64,000 nt of DNA. Source: Tubiluchus corallicola (taxonomy: Eukaryota; Animalia; Priapulida). This document shows positions 1 through 13,600 of the stretch, piece after piece (position 1 is the first letter of the stretch; every line of letters begins with the position of its first letter). The position numbers and the translations under genes are program-made. The notes below the pieces were generated by a model. That model searched no databases and was not told the origin of the DNA. It worked only from the letters and a program-made list of their open reading frames with translations. The DNA lies in NCBI GenBank assembly GCA_030141605.1, contig JAQGDQ010000217.1:186001-250000 (forward strand). The letters run 5' to 3'.

Positions 1-116
1 CTCGCAACTTACTACGTTATTCAATTCATAATTCGCATTTGATGTTAAAATTTGGAAATCCTTGCCCTCTGCACTACTTTGTTGAAGTATTCTGCAACAT
101 CTTAATTTTAATACAG

Positions 117-761
117 ATGTCCCGGTCAAGGTCAGATGAAGCCACACCCAAATCAATCGCAGCCAGTCGATCTGAGGGAGGGTGCCACCAAAGCTTATTA
201 TGTATTGAAAGAGGTAAATTTTTTTGATTTTTCTTGCCAGCTAAGCTGTTTGTCGGCTCTGCAGTGCTGACAGTGAATACTAAAAGCATGACAGCTTTGC
301 CATTTAACATAGAAAAGCTAAATTTTTGCCTAGCAGTACTCAATAGATTAAGATCTTTCTCAAACATATGTACTTTGTTATGAGAGCCTGAAAGATCTAA
401 TTTTTTCTGTCTCATTAGCACTTTTCTTCCTTCTTTCCATATCAAAAATATCTAAGCTGTATTTCATTCTAGCTCTGATCATCATGAATTGTGTAAAAAG
501 TTGAATGTTCTTTTTCAGGGCATCGGGGAAACAGCTAAAGCCATTGTTCAAGTTGCGACTGAAGAACATGAGCACAAGGGCATGTCGGGTGCAGTGGGCG
601 GTGTCTTGAGGCAGATTCCACCGACTGTAGTCAAGCCGGTCATCTTTGCAAGTGAGGCTACCTCAAATGTTCTCGGTGGGATGAGGAATCAGCTGGTGCC
701 AGATGCTCGCAAGGAGGCTGTGGAAAAATGGAAGCAGAAAAAAGATTATCCTCATCAATGA
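117..761 (+). CDS. ATG2: Autophagy-related protein 2, last two coding exons (117-213, 519-761); gene continues left of the window
   Basis: Spliced translation QPVDLREGATKAYYVLKE|GIGETAKAIVQVATEEHEHKGMSGAVGGVLRQIPPTVVKPVIFASEATSNVLGGMRNQLVPDARKEAVEKWK matches the ATG2 C-terminal (ATG_C) region. GT-AG intron 214-518 is phase 0; stop TGA at 759-761. Confidence 0.95.
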
Positions 762-2394
762 TGTATGCTTATGCATAGGTATTTTCAAATATTGAGCACT
801 CTTCGGTTGTTGATAAATTTTATATGAGCGGCCTTCATTTTTAAGATTTTATCAATTTTGCTGATGAATTTCCAGGACTTTGAGGTTTCTGTTTCTTTAT
901 CAGGATTTGTTGGTATTTTTTGCCTATGTAGACAGATCACTGACATAACAGTTGCTGTAACCAAAAAAATTATGTAACTTACGTATTTTTATGAAAGCCA
1001 CAATTTAAAATCCTGGAGGAAAATGCCAACAGAAGTAACAATGGTACCTTTAAATCCTATTGTTTATGTCTACAAGCAACATTTATTGTAATTATATAAG
1101 TTGCTATTTGGTTACTAAAACCCTTGACACCAGGCAGTAGTCAAACAATTTTCTGTGTACAGTACAATTATTCTGTATAACTTATATCTTGTGCTTCTGG
1201 AAAAGTTCGTAATAATTGTAACAGTATTATTGTAATAAAATAACATGTTATTTGTTATGTGGTTCATAAATTCAAATAGCTGAATCAAATATTTGTAGTT
1301 AAGTATAATAACAAAAGATAACTCTTTTGTTTTTCATTAATAAACTTTTTTTTGTAATTGTGGTTTGCCTTTTTTCTGCTCATTGTAGTTTTAAAATGAT
1401 TTTGCTCATTTCTGATGCTAGAGATAGCACAAACGTATTTATTTTATCATTTGACAACAATACACTAAACTACTTAAAATGATCTTTAAATGTTATCTAT
1501 GTTTGCCAACTTTTATAGTATAGCACTATATCAATAGATCACATCGCATTAATTTTTTTGTCAATTCCTTATGCTTAGTACCAGTGTGTAAGAAGGTATA
1601 ACAAGCAAAGACATCAAAGTAGTAGTGAAATTATTGCTTCATTTCTTTTGTACAGAAAAGATTGTTTGATATTGTGTTTTGTGTAAATAATATGTGTATA
1701 ACTTTGTAAATATTATTGATTACACACGTCACTGGTTTTTGTCTACAGTTTTCTTATTTTGCTCTTATATTTTACCTTCATGTGACTTAGCCAGCTTATA
1801 GCCTTGTTATAATATAACAAGTTTCTGTATAACAGGTTTCTGTATAAGTTTTATGAATATGTATTTGACATTGGAAACTATTACTTGAATTTTTTTTTAT
1901 CCAAAAGTCCAAGGCTTTCAGATAATATTACATACATATATACATAAAACTTAATTTCTTCTGCAAGTAATATTGATCAATTCTGCTGTGTGGATAATGT
2001 TGTCCTATGGAAACAAGTGATTTTGTCAAATAATATTGACTGGTTAAATATTATGACAAGCTAAATTATTCTGACTAATTTTATAACATTGGCATAGTTC
2101 ACTGTATGTTATAAACAAGTAGCTATACATATTTCTGTGACCCTTCACCACCCAGCTGTGTATTTATTATTAATTATAGCATATAATTTTTTTGTAACTT
2201 GAGAGAAAAAATAAATTTATAGAATACAGCATCAATACATTGTGATGTCCACATTTGCAACATTTGTTCCACTGCCTATACTTGAATTCATCACAATTTG
2301 ATACGTGACATGTCTTGATGTTGTGTGGACTGTGATTCCCTATTGTTGGACCTCTAGTGTGACTTACAGAAGAAAATTTCTGGATCTGAAAAGT

Positions 2395-2480
2395 TGAGCT
2401 ATTGTAATGTAATGATTAGTATAGTGCCTTGAAAATAAATGGTCTTGAGTTCGAGTCTTAGTGGGGGGTGTAAAACTTTT
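2395..2480 (+). mobile_element. Possible decayed tRNA-derived SINE head
   Basis: B-box-like GAGTTCGAGTC at 2447-2457 with a degenerate A-box-like stretch about 35 nt upstream; no cloverleaf. Confidence 0.3.
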
Positions 2481-3143
2481 AGACTTTCTAATTTACTATT
2501 TCTTGCATTTATAAAGCACTACATTATCTCTGTGCATCCATGGAAGTTTCAACAACAATAGTTCAATCACCCAGTTTCAAGCTGTTGCTCCGCATTCGGT
2601 CATTGGCGAATTTAAGAAATTTTGGATGAACACGCAATTTGACCATTCTTTCAGCCATTATTGTTTAGCTCTTAAGAGTGTAAACAGACTTTAATAAAAA
2701 TTACTTGCTAGTGGTATTTTTACAAAATGCTTAGCTAGCGATAAATGCACCATGGGTAATTTGTAAAACAAAACTTTAAAAAAAGAACACGATCATGTTG
2801 TCAATCAGAATTTTCCAGAATGTTGATCAACTTTTTGACCGATTTTGGGGAAGTCCTTGACAAAAGGCAATGCAGAGCATTTTAAACCTCACCTAAGTAC
2901 AGAATCTATAGCACTGACATCCGTTTTGTTTATAATCATAATCTTTTATGGAGAAAAACAATTTGAATTTCATACAGATGATCATATAGCAGAAATTATC
3001 CTAGAAGTAATATTTTTGAAATCAGTCTGTGTTGTTACAACTGACATGTCAAAGACATGAACTGTATTACCCTTGTTGAAATAAAATTATCCTCATCGTT
3101 GATTATTTTACATCATGTAAATTCATAGTGAAAAATATTGTAC

Positions 3144-3283
3144 AATAAATACTGATGACAACAGCTGATGCTGTATTTCCCTTTGCTATTGTAAGACATG
3201 TCATATTTGTACATTAAACACCCCATGCTATTTTAACATTTAAACTATTGAATAGCCTAATACTTAACATCGATGTGTTTATT
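3144..3283. terminator. Candidate convergent polyadenylation signals for ATG2 (+, AATAAA 3144-3149) and SOS (-, TTTATT 3278-3283)
   Basis: Hexamers seen directly between the two stop codons. Other AATAAA copies exist, so the assignment is tentative. Confidence 0.35.
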
Positions 3284-4647
3284 TCACGGTGACATTTTCA
3301 AACTTTTTAGTAGCAGCAATTATACACAAATAACAAGTGGTTTTCTGGCCTATATTGTACCAAAGTTATGTACATTGATCACATTTGACTCAATATTGTC
3401 ATTATGATAATGCTCATAACAATATAACCTACTATATTTAGCAAGTCGATAGCTAACTTGTAATTTGAAAGTTTGCCATACAAAATGCAAATAACATGTT
3501 ACACGGCTGCAGCCTGGTTTTTCATGTGCATTGGAACTGCGCACCAATGACTGTACAAACTGTTGATAATTCCTCAAAGTGTTCTTCTAAAAATGGCAGC
3601 ATATACAAATAATCATCAAGAGCAATACATTTGCAAATGAGACAATAGCTTGTCAGTGTTAAAGAAGAACAGTGATCACTGCAAGCATGATTTCTTTTGG
3701 TATAATCGACAGACAGTCATGATATCAACTCTTGACTGTAAATCACTAACAGTTTGTACAAGATCACGCTGCCAAGTTAAGACAGAAAAATTTCATTTCG
3801 AGCAAATTTCTGTAGCAACTAATTCCTAAAACATGCCAACAACAAAAACAATATAGATTCCAACACTAAATCTTTAGAACATATGCGATATGACTAGCAC
3901 CATTCTGAAATAACTACATGGAATTGTCTCACAGTTACTAAGGATCATATTAATTTACAAATATTTTATTTTAACATACTGCATTGGGGGTTAGAAAATC
4001 AGGTTAGTAACAACAAACTGATAAATGTTCTTAAATGGCTAATTGCATGAATGCGCCGCACTGGTCTGCAGGTTTTGATTTTGCTGAAAAGATTCTGCAG
4101 TTGTCTTTGATTTGCCTCGCAATATTCAACAAATGTCAGTTTCCCAAAGAGAGAAATCACATAACTGATTCTCTGACAATCATCTGACATGTGCAACCCT
4201 TATAAAAACATTTTACAATCGACTTCTGCACTACAGTATGCAGACATTATATACATGTCTCACTTTCTTATTTCACATATCTCAATTTTTTGATTAACAT
4301 ACATACAGGGAGCAGATAGATCCACCCACTATTATTCTACTTACACTAATATCACATGAAACATTTCACTGTAACGCAATTTAAGAATGTTCAGTCCCAC
4401 CTGGGTAGTTAAAAGGTGTCCATCATTACCTGCTTGCTGTTTTAACTCTAACCAATACGATACTGGCTGAGAACACGGCAAAATGCAATCCACTTTGCAC
4501 GTTACATAAACATGTTTCGCAAAATCCGATTTCTACATGCTACACATCATAATTTTTATTAACTATTTACACGCACACATTTTTGATGACAATTTCTAGC
4601 TCTGAGAGTTTGATTGAAGCATATATGAACCGGGTTTCACGCGGATT

Positions 4648-7600
4648 CTAACTACTGTGGCTAATATTTTGGTTAACATCATTGTCCTTTTCACTGGCCT
4701 CTGGTAGTTGACCATGACAGCAGTTTTTCTGCTGCATACGATGATGGTCCGTATCCTGATTGCTAGTACCAGGATTTTCTTGCTGAAGCTCTTGAATACA
4801 GCTAAATTTATTCATTGGCTGATTAGTCAAGCTCGTAGCCGGTTCTCCGCCACTGGGACCATGATTTATGGGCGGCTGTGGCTGTTGATCAAAGCTAGTA
4901 ATTTGATTTTTACATCGATCAGTACACGGCGGCGAATTTAACTGTTCACTGCTATGTTGCCTCTCTTGCTGACTCAACCGGTATGTTTTAGGTGGCAGTT
5001 CAGGTACACATTCGGGCAGAGCTTGATCTGGCGACGAACCATTTGTGGTACTCGTTATCGACTGTCCTCGAGGTAGAGTAGCACTGCGTGGCAGGTCTGG
5101 TCGGGGGCGCTGATTGTGCGACCGTGGTAATGTACTTGAGCTCTCCCTTCGTGGTGGTATAGGTGGTCGAGCACTTTCCCTCCTTGAGGGTATGGGTGGT
5201 GCGTCGGATGCCTGTCTCACTCGATTTGGAGACAGTTCACCAACTGATGGCATACGCCGACCGACACGTGGTGGAATAGGCGGAGGCTGAGGTTGCGTTG
5301 GAGAATGAAGAGGAGTTGAACTTGAACAAGCAGCTGCTGGCATGCTGCTGGATGCCACTGAAAATAAATGTTTATACTTTTATTTGAGGTGCAAACAATT
5401 GAATAGCAAATTGTTCAGGTTCAGTGTTAACAGTGTGTGTGCCATAGAAAGAATTTCAAAACCTGTCTTGTTGAAGGGCCAGTCAGTCAAACCTGCTAAT
5501 ATTTGCAACTTTTGGCCTAGTACAGATTTAAAGAACTACTATTGCCTTCATCTTACACTAAAACCAACTTTTATTTCTATAAACATCAGCAGATGGAGAG
5601 ATTATGTAAGTTTCAAAGTAATAGCTATAATAACATACTGACATTATGATGATGCAGTGATTTCAGACAAGTGATGAATATCGCACAAACTACAACGGGT
5701 TACAAGAAACACTGCACAAGGCAGTTAATTTCAATTTTGAATGTAATGTTAACACTACTGTAACTACTGTAATTATGCAAATTAAATGATAACTGGAGAG
5801 ACTTTGCCTTAGCTCCAGAAAATGGTAAATTTTGGAAAATGGCAATGTAGACTGATATGATCATTCCTAAAATCATTACCACAAGCAAAACTCATTACCT
5901 GGTGGGTTGTTTCCAATTAGTACAGGTGCCCACACGCTTGTATCGTGGGTGGGTGTAAGGGGCGTGGTTGGAGTGAGGGGAGACCTAGGTGACGTGGCTT
6001 CACCATCTTCATCGTGAGCACGCTGAAAACTCATCCGAGGCTCCATGGACAGTGGAATAGGGTTGGCACGACTTGACAAGCGTGGCTTTACACCCGGAGA
6101 TTTGAGAGAAAACTGACTTTTTCTAGGCTGCAGAAATAAAATGAATTATGATTCAAGTCGGTACAATCATCCATGTCAGTAACTGGAATACGCTTTAAAT
6201 GTTTGGAAATACAAAAATATCAATGAAACGTGAATTCACATTCTACAAAAGTGCTGTTCTACAAAAATCTTTTTTTTTCTAATAAACTAAACCAATGAGT
6301 TAAACTAACACAACTACACAAAAATAATATAAATTAAATGGATGTCGGGGGGAAAAATTGTATGCAAGGTATCAGTAAACAAGCTCTGATTGCTTAACAA
6401 CGACAACCATGCATAAGTAACGCGGCGGAAAATACTTAAAAAGATAACTCAGCAATACTCAATTTTACTTACAAATTTTGGAGGAGCCTTACTATTCCTT
6501 GGCTCGATTTCAAGCGACTTGTTGTACAAGTAGTCATTGAATTCCTTCTCTGTCATATCATCTAGTGGATTTAAGTTGTCCAAGAAAGCCTAAAAAAGAA
6601 ACGTATCCCTCAAAATACGTCACAGAAGTACAATATCCAAAATAGTATCTTTTTGCAGAAAATCACTTTTCACAACACGTAATTAACAAGTTAAAAATAC
6701 AGTCATTTTATACGTGACTTTCTTTCCATACCTACTGCAGCATTTATATCAACCAGTATACATTCACAACAAGTTAGTTAACTGAATTGTGACAGGCTGA
6801 AAGTTGAAAATTTCAAACTAGCTGCAGTATTTGCCTGGAATCAGTATCCTGAAAACTCAATTAACCCGAAAGCAGCAACATTTCACTATTCCATGCTTCT
6901 AATCTATCTAATTTCTAAATCTAATGTAGCGATTTTTGGTCCTTGTTATCACTTATCAATAGTAAGTATAAATCTGACGGTTTGAGCTTAAAACATGCAT
7001 ACACTGAGCATATATTGTAAAAACTCCAATGCTATTCTAAACTTCAACTGCACCCACTCACCCTTATATCATTCTCAACTGTCAGCAGATAAGGTTGATT
7101 CTGATACTGTTGAATTTCGCTGGTAATCTCCGCCACTTTCCGCCGTTTGGCGAAATTGATTATTCCCTCAGGATAATTTGGAAGAAAATCTGGATTGCCT
7201 TCTTCAATGAGGAAGATGTAATTTAAGTACATTCCTGCAAGTAAAGCACCATTAGATAGTATTCTGCAAATCAACTTTAGTGATAGAAACATTCACTATC
7301 TTAACATACTAGTGCCAGCTAACACAGTGGAAAAGAGCAAAGCATAAAAGTTTAGCGTTTAATTGTAATAAAGTATACAGTGCGTCAATTAACTACATGC
7401 CTCCTTATGAACTACACTGCAACCAGAATGACAATAATTGCTGCTAACTGCAAATTATTTATGACAATTTCTCACAACGTTGCGTGGCTGCAAAAATCTA
7501 ATGGCACACAAACATTGCATTTTGTTAAATACCGTTTTTGAAATTAAAAACAGATTTTAAAAATAGTACCTAAAAATGGCACACAGGGTGGATCGATTGA

Positions 7601-10600
7601 GCGTAGTTTCTCCATGTATTTCTTAAAGTGATCAGAGTTAAGCTCCTTTGCTTCATCTAATAATTTGACTAGTTTGCTAGGAACTTCCTGCAAAAAACAT
7701 AAAATCTTCAATTATTTACAGACTGATTTCAAAGAAGAATAAGGTACTGCAATTGATCTAGGAATGATCTGATAAAACCCCCCACCTCACCCCAGCAATC
7801 ACTAACTGGTTGATTCTGACATTTTGGCTAGTTTTGTAAATTTCTGCAATTACTTCAGTTTTTCTACCATAAGCAGCATGAAACATTTCTGCTATCTTTT
7901 TACCTTGACAGCTATGGCTTAGCAGCAATCACTTTGTCAAGGCTGTATGAAGAAAAACAAATTAAGCGTACACTGGCAAAATAGCCTTGGCAGCAACAAA
8001 ATCTAAAGAGTATCACTTCTTTTTCATCACGACAAAGCACAAGGTTAGTTTGAAAATGAGGAAACGCTCATGTTACAAAGAAACAATGTCTTATTTAACA
8101 TGACAAAAACAAAATAGAGACAAAAGATTATTATAATTAATTTTTACTAGTAAGGCATTAAACTACAAAATCCAGATTTAAATTATGAAGACAACATTTG
8201 TAATGGCTTGTCTACAATTACAAAGAACTTAACAACTACTGTCCGCAAATTCCCTGAATTTACCAAAGAAAAAGCCACAATTATTCTCCAAGTACTATAT
8301 TACACCACTCAAGTGTTGTCCACTTACCCTGAATGTATGTTCTAGTCTGTGAACAGCTGCTGAGTTCATTGCACTGACTATCTCTAAAACACCATTAAAG
8401 TTATTCAGCTCTAGACAGACTTGCATAATTTCTAGTGCACGAGAAACAACCGCTACTCTTTCCTCGATATTTTCCGCCTCTACGATACACTTTTCTAACC
8501 ACAACGTAAACTGAAAATACCAATGCTTGCATTTATTATACACAAACAGAATAAAACAGAATTCAGGTGCCAAAAAATGTTACACGCTTTTATTCACAAA
8601 TTGTAACTGCTTCCAAAAAATTCACAGCTTCCAAAACACAATTTTATCTTAAACCAAAAAGTGAGAAATCAGAGATGTAATGATATTTAATTTCAGGTAA
8701 TGATACGAAAAAGAATATTGTGTCATAAAATTTGTTCATTCGCTGTGTTTAATAAATTAACAAGCAATTTTGAAGAGATCTGCAAAATAGTAACTTAGCC
8801 TAAAAAATTATACAGCAATTATGATTTTGAAGCAAGGCTTATAGTCGAGAGGATGTGCACTTAGTTGCAAAATTAAAAAGACGACTAACTGTGTGAATGA
8901 ATTAGGTTTTGGAGAATGGTAGTGCTGAAAAAGTCTTTGAAGCCAAACCAGCCCAGTCTCGTGTCTGGTTATTCAGAGGTTAAGTTGAGTTTCAAGTTTG
9001 TAAGTTTAAAACCACGAGTCTGAGTTGAGCTGCAAGTCTTTTCATTTTTCTATGCTAGAGTTTAAAGTTACAGGTTGTGTCCGCAAAAATTGGGACTCGA
9101 ATCAATGACTCTAGTACTCCAGCACTTGTGGATGCACATATCATAGTACTATACTGCTACAATGAGAAAGAATGTGTATGCATCCAAACATGTCAAAACT
9201 GGCTACAAAAGCACCGAACATGAAACGTAATGTTCATTTAAACACAAAAAATATATATTATTTGTTATTTACAAAAATAATGTGTTATGCAGCTTTTGAC
9301 AGAAAAAAAATCCATTATACAGGTAACATTGTTACTAGTGATATGCTACTACTCGATGCTCTTCGGAAGACAAACATCGCAATTCTAGAAACACACTTAC
9401 ATCAGTAGAAAGATGGATCATTTTTAATAAATTTGGAGAGCGTTTCTCTTTGTCCTTTTTCGTCCATGCTGTTCCGACGAGCTCTGACGGCTTCACAGCA
9501 CGGTACAAGTCAAATTCTAGCAGCGTTAGTTGTCGAGCTAACTCCACTGGATGCAACTAAAAAATAAAATGCAGTTTGTAATTTTTCAGCAGCTAGAAAG
9601 TGTAACAGAGAAAATGCAATTTTTCAAAGTCACGCGCAACCTAACCTTTAAACATTACATATGTACTGCTGATTAACATTACTATACTTTTACATAAGCT
9701 TAATTAATTTGATTATTAGTTAGTTTGCAAATAATTAGGTTCCTGTTGAGTTAGTATTTAATACTACATTAACCATAAACTTAGCTAGATGATAAGCAGC
9801 CATACATACCGTCATCAGGCCAAATTGCTCAGGACTTCTGGCGAAATGCCATTCAATTGGCGGCGGTTTTGTCTCAAAAGTAATCTCACGCTGCAGTTCA
9901 CTGCTGTCCATCTAACGAAAAGCATATTACTTTAACAATTATAGGCTCACAATGCAGTACAAAGTTTTCCATGCTCTCATTTTGGATGTTTATCAAACAT
10001 TGAAATTTCAGAATAGTATCTAATGAGTGGAACCTCTCAAGAACATTTTTAAGCATACTTTATCACGTAGGCACTGATAATTAGTTCGAAATGATATTTA
10101 TATGCATCGCCATTTATTAACAAATCCCTGCACAAAAACTTGTAACAAAATGGTCCATCTCAAACAGCAAAAGGGTTCCGAGCCTCACAAAAATCTAGTT
10201 GCACAATTTTTTTTGCTTTATCAAAGTTTATAAACCCTTAAGATACTGTCGACCGATTTTGTTACTAAATCAAAGAGTTACAGTTTATGTCCGTATTTAG
10301 TAATTACATCAACAAAATACTCACCCGTCTCTGTATAATCTTTGTAATGGATTCAACCCACTTTTTCATGCTCTTGCCCGAAACAGAGTCAATAAATTTG
10401 TTGAGTTTAGTCAAAAGGGCCAAATCTCTTTCAAAATCATAAAAGTGTTGGTCCACCCAGTGCCGCAATACATTTAATACTCTAAAGAATAACAAGATCG
10501 TGAAGCAAATAATAAAACTATCTAATATTGTCTAAGATTTAAATTAAAAGTGGCTGTCTATACCAAAGACTTTAATCAAAAACTCTTTAAAGTAATGAAA

Positions 10601-13600
10601 TTCTAAAACGATGAAGTAAAATGCAATGTCCTGGAAAGGTAGATAATTTGTGTGGATGTATGTATGTGTAAAATAGCACAACAACACATGTAAGCCCAGT
10701 CACATATATAAACTTAGATTATTTATAAAAATATTTCACAGCAAAGTAATTAAACAGCTCACATTAATGATCATTAAAACTGAACTAAGGCACAAAGAAA
10801 AAGGGCAGGAATGTCTAAGATATCGACCTGATTTATCACACAATATTTACAGTATGGAATTTGCTATATACAATATTTTTAATGGCAAATAAAACTAGGG
10901 TGCTTTTAAGAATCTCCATTTTCATCTCGAATTGTACTCAAAATGCTCTGTTATAATGTAAAAGTGGTTGAAAAGAGAAATGTACCTAAACTGGACAGGT
11001 TGTGCATACTCCTTCCTGAACCTCTTCAGATCCTCTCTCACTTGGGTTTCTGCGTCTCCGTCTGGGCAGTTCGGTTCAAGCGCCACCGGTTCGGGAATGT
11101 CAAACGTAAATTTAGGCTAAGGAACTTGAAAAGACTTATGTCCATTTGTAAAAAAGCAAATTTTGCAAAAACTCTAGCATCAAGTTTAGACTTATTTTCA
11201 GTTTCGAAAAGCTGCAATTCAAATAAAAGTAAAACTTATGTATTTTTAAATCAAGGTAACCATTTTTCCAAAACAGAAACACATCCCTATCAACTGTCAA
11301 CACCTGATGAAGGTAGCAGTGTTTTCTGAAACACTGTTATTATTAATAAACTTTGTTGTTGTAACTATCTATCTGTTTATTTTTACTCATGGACACAACA
11401 CTACTCATTAATTTTTAAACTATCAACAAGTCAATGAAAAACTACGACTAAAGGATATCTTTCAATGAGTAGATCCAGTAACTCCGAAGGCTGACAGAAG
11501 GACCTGTATGTAGTCAGAAATGTTCCGAGAAATTTCGGATCAGCATACATGTGATACGTCAGCCGTTCCACCAGTTTCAGTAGCAAGCCTCCTTTTATAA
11601 CAGGCGCAGCTGCATTAGACTGTGATGAGTCCTCAAACACAATATTTTCATCGCTGTCCTCCACACCAAACCTAAAATTTGTGTTCAGATTACTGAGAGA
11701 TTACAGGCAACATAATAATGAGCCAATTTGATTTATTTCACATAAATTTCACAGGAAAAACAAAATCAGATGAAAGCGAACTAGCATGCAAATTTCTAAT
11801 ACAATGTAATACAATGTATTATGCATGTATTTCATATGTCAAAGGAAGCTAGTGTCAAATAATAATGCTAGTTTCAATGTATATGATCACATTACAGAAA
11901 TGATCTTTGCCATAACAGTTCTGCATCAGATCTTTAATCATATGTAATTATAACAGAAAAAGTGACAAGATTCGCTCCAGATTGGAGTACTTATCCCAAG
12001 CACGATTGGAGTTTCAAACCATCACGAAAAACAATAAGCACTCGGCAGTTATGCTCTTGAATTAAAGAATAAAAGCCCAATGTCTTGCTAGTTGTTACAC
12101 AGACTACATACCTATAAACATCTGCTGACGGCAACTGCAATGGATGTTTCTTTTCTTCTTCACTGAGTTTTGAGTCTAACATTCGTTCCAACATGCTGCA
12201 GCAAAACAAATCACACTTCGTAATAAATTACTGGCAAAAATACTACAGCTAAATAAAAAATTAGGTTGTAATCATCAGCAAAGATGATTTTCTAAGAGGA
12301 GACAATAAACAGGTTGAAGTGGCAGCCTTGTTTGGATTTATACGACAGAATGGCAGATAAAGCTGCTTAAAAACGGATGTCTTAAGAGTAACCAATCCAT
12401 TTACTAGCTAGGCTTGGTATTGCTCAAATTCAGTTGCCATTATGGTTGCTTTGCTTAATTACTCAGCTAATGTGCACCTATATGATTTTTAATGATAAAA
12501 TGTCAACATGTTTCAAAAATCGATACGCAATATGATATTAGCACATCAAAGTTTCAAACATACAGTTCGTAAACACATTACATCAAAATATACCTGCGTG
12601 TGTTCAGCATGACTAAGGCTGCCATCCAGTTGTTTTTCTCTTCCTGGTTACGGCAAAATAGAACAACGTGTGGCTGATCTCGAGGCGAAATCTCAAATGA
12701 ATACTTGAGTTCTGCAAATCATAGATTAATATTTGTATTTTGCTTAAATAAAAGACATTTTCAAATACTTAACTTTCAATTACACAAACTTGTTTTTAAC
12801 ATTTGACAATAGCAACAGTACAAAAAAAATCAATAACCATGACATGACAACACTTAATTTTAAAATGAACTAAATAAGAGTGCAAGTTATTTTTAATAAT
12901 ATACATAAAAGATAAATAATATGTTAATGCCTGAAGCAACTATGTTGACTGCAAAACTGACTTTCTATAAGTGAGATGGTTATAGCTAAAAAGTTCATTT
13001 TAGATAGTTTTCTTTCTAACTTTTCAAAATGCTAGCAAGTTACAAAATAATTATTGTATTGTTTATTTCTCAGCTATAAGTCTGTAAGGATTGTGCAATG
13101 CCCAGTAACAATTTAATGTAAGAAATGTTTGTAGCTTTAAAAAGTATTCACAACTTTAATTTGTAACACAAAATTTCTTAGAAACCTACCATCTGTATCC
13201 TCCCTGTCAACGATCTCAATCTTACGTATGAAAAATTTTTCCTTCAGACGGTATTCTCCGACAGGACCCGTTACCGATGAACGTCGAATATTTTGTTTAC
13301 ATAACACAATTAAACCGTCAAACAAGAAAACATGCCTTTCCGTCATTCGCCTCCCAACTTTACTTAGAAGACCCTCTGCAAGATAAGAATATAATTATGT
13401 GCTAAAAGCAAATGTGCCATGAAATAATTAACGAACGTATTGGGTTTCACTTTAGCATTCCAAAAGCTTTTAATGCTAAATAATTAACAAATGTCTTGTT
13501 GTTTATAGCATTTTTTAAGCTATATATAGTTAACAAAAGTATTATGCTTTAGTTTAGCATTTCTCAAATCTCTCAAGCTATATAATTAGCAAAAGTAACA

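Noticed and set aside
10943-11329. 128-aa plus-strand ORF
   Set aside because: Antisense to a SOS exon and its U12 intron; no recognisable homology.
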